Program-made: the position numbers and the translations under genes
Sequence record: OR258281.1
Length of the DNA stretch: 64,000 nucleotides
Reading direction: 5' to 3' (one strand)
Notes under the pieces: model-generated
What the model saw: only the letters and a program-made list of their open reading frames with translations
What the model was told of the DNA's origin: nothing
Databases searched by the model: none
Shown here: piece after piece, positions 63,733-64,000 of the stretch
Position numbering within the stretch: the first letter of the stretch is position 1
Layout: every line of letters begins with the position of its first letter

Positions 63733-63758
63733 TAGTACTCGTAGTACTCGTAGTACTT
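63733..63758. repeat. 9-bp tandem repeat TAGTACTCG (about 3 copies)
   Basis: tagtactcg tagtactcg tagtactt. Confidence 0.8.
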
Positions 63759-63938
63759 ACCATCTCACGATATGCCTGTACCCTCCGTATGTAGATATAG
63801 CATCTTATATTTACCACAAATAGGGATTGATATCCGTAGGATTTCAAACCCGGTAAAACGCAGTTATTGATAGAAGAATGAATATTAAAGTACTTAAAAA
63901 TATTCCAGAAAATGAAAGTAATTATTAACGTAAGTAAT

Positions 63939-63990
63939 CATTGAGTACTACAGATAAACCAATATAAACCGATATAAACATTGAGTACTA
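63939..63990. repeat. direct repeats CATTGAGTACTA x2 bracketing three ATAAAC-containing 10-mers
   Basis: Read directly from the sequence. Confidence 0.75.
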
Positions 63991-64000
63991 TATGCTGCTA

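Noticed and set aside
1-64000. Genome-wide TAG recoding
   Set aside because: Genes are full length under the standard code and densely packed; several end normally in TAG.
63730-64000. Group I intron upstream of the RCC1-like fragment
   Set aside because: No recognisable P7 or catalytic-core motifs in the visible 270 nt; cannot be fully excluded at the window edge.

Overview
This window looks like part of an AT-rich jumbo myovirus genome infecting enterobacteria. The gene content resembles the GAP32/PBECO4/RaK2/BF group, which is an inference and not a database result. Almost all genes are on the + strand and densely packed: a ter/tel stress-response cluster (vWA, TerC, two TerD, TelA-like), a zinc-ribbon homing endonuclease, Pth2, ClpP, a sigma-70-like factor, an AAA+ ATPase, nucleases, and about 30 diverged small paralogues sharing a [DE][DE][YF]FN motif. 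On the - strand are three RCC1-like repeat proteins and one probable virion protein. There are 8 clear tRNA genes, one with a very unusual Ser ACU anticodon. The most striking content is non-coding RNA that appears to imitate the translation machinery: (i) a close copy of the 23S rRNA L11-binding/GTPase-associated centre split by a 172-nt structured insert (27968-28209); (ii) five ACAGCAA-bulge hairpins around clpP, two displaying a tRNA-Lys(UUU) anticodon arm and one containing a circularly permuted tRNA with YrlA Y-RNA-like geometry (43611-44852); (iii) several more unnamed structured RNAs. A repeated TGAAAC-N17-TATACT promoter precedes several of these loci, and the hexamer AGTACT is strongly over-represented. 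All structures were paired by eye and need computational and experimental confirmation.
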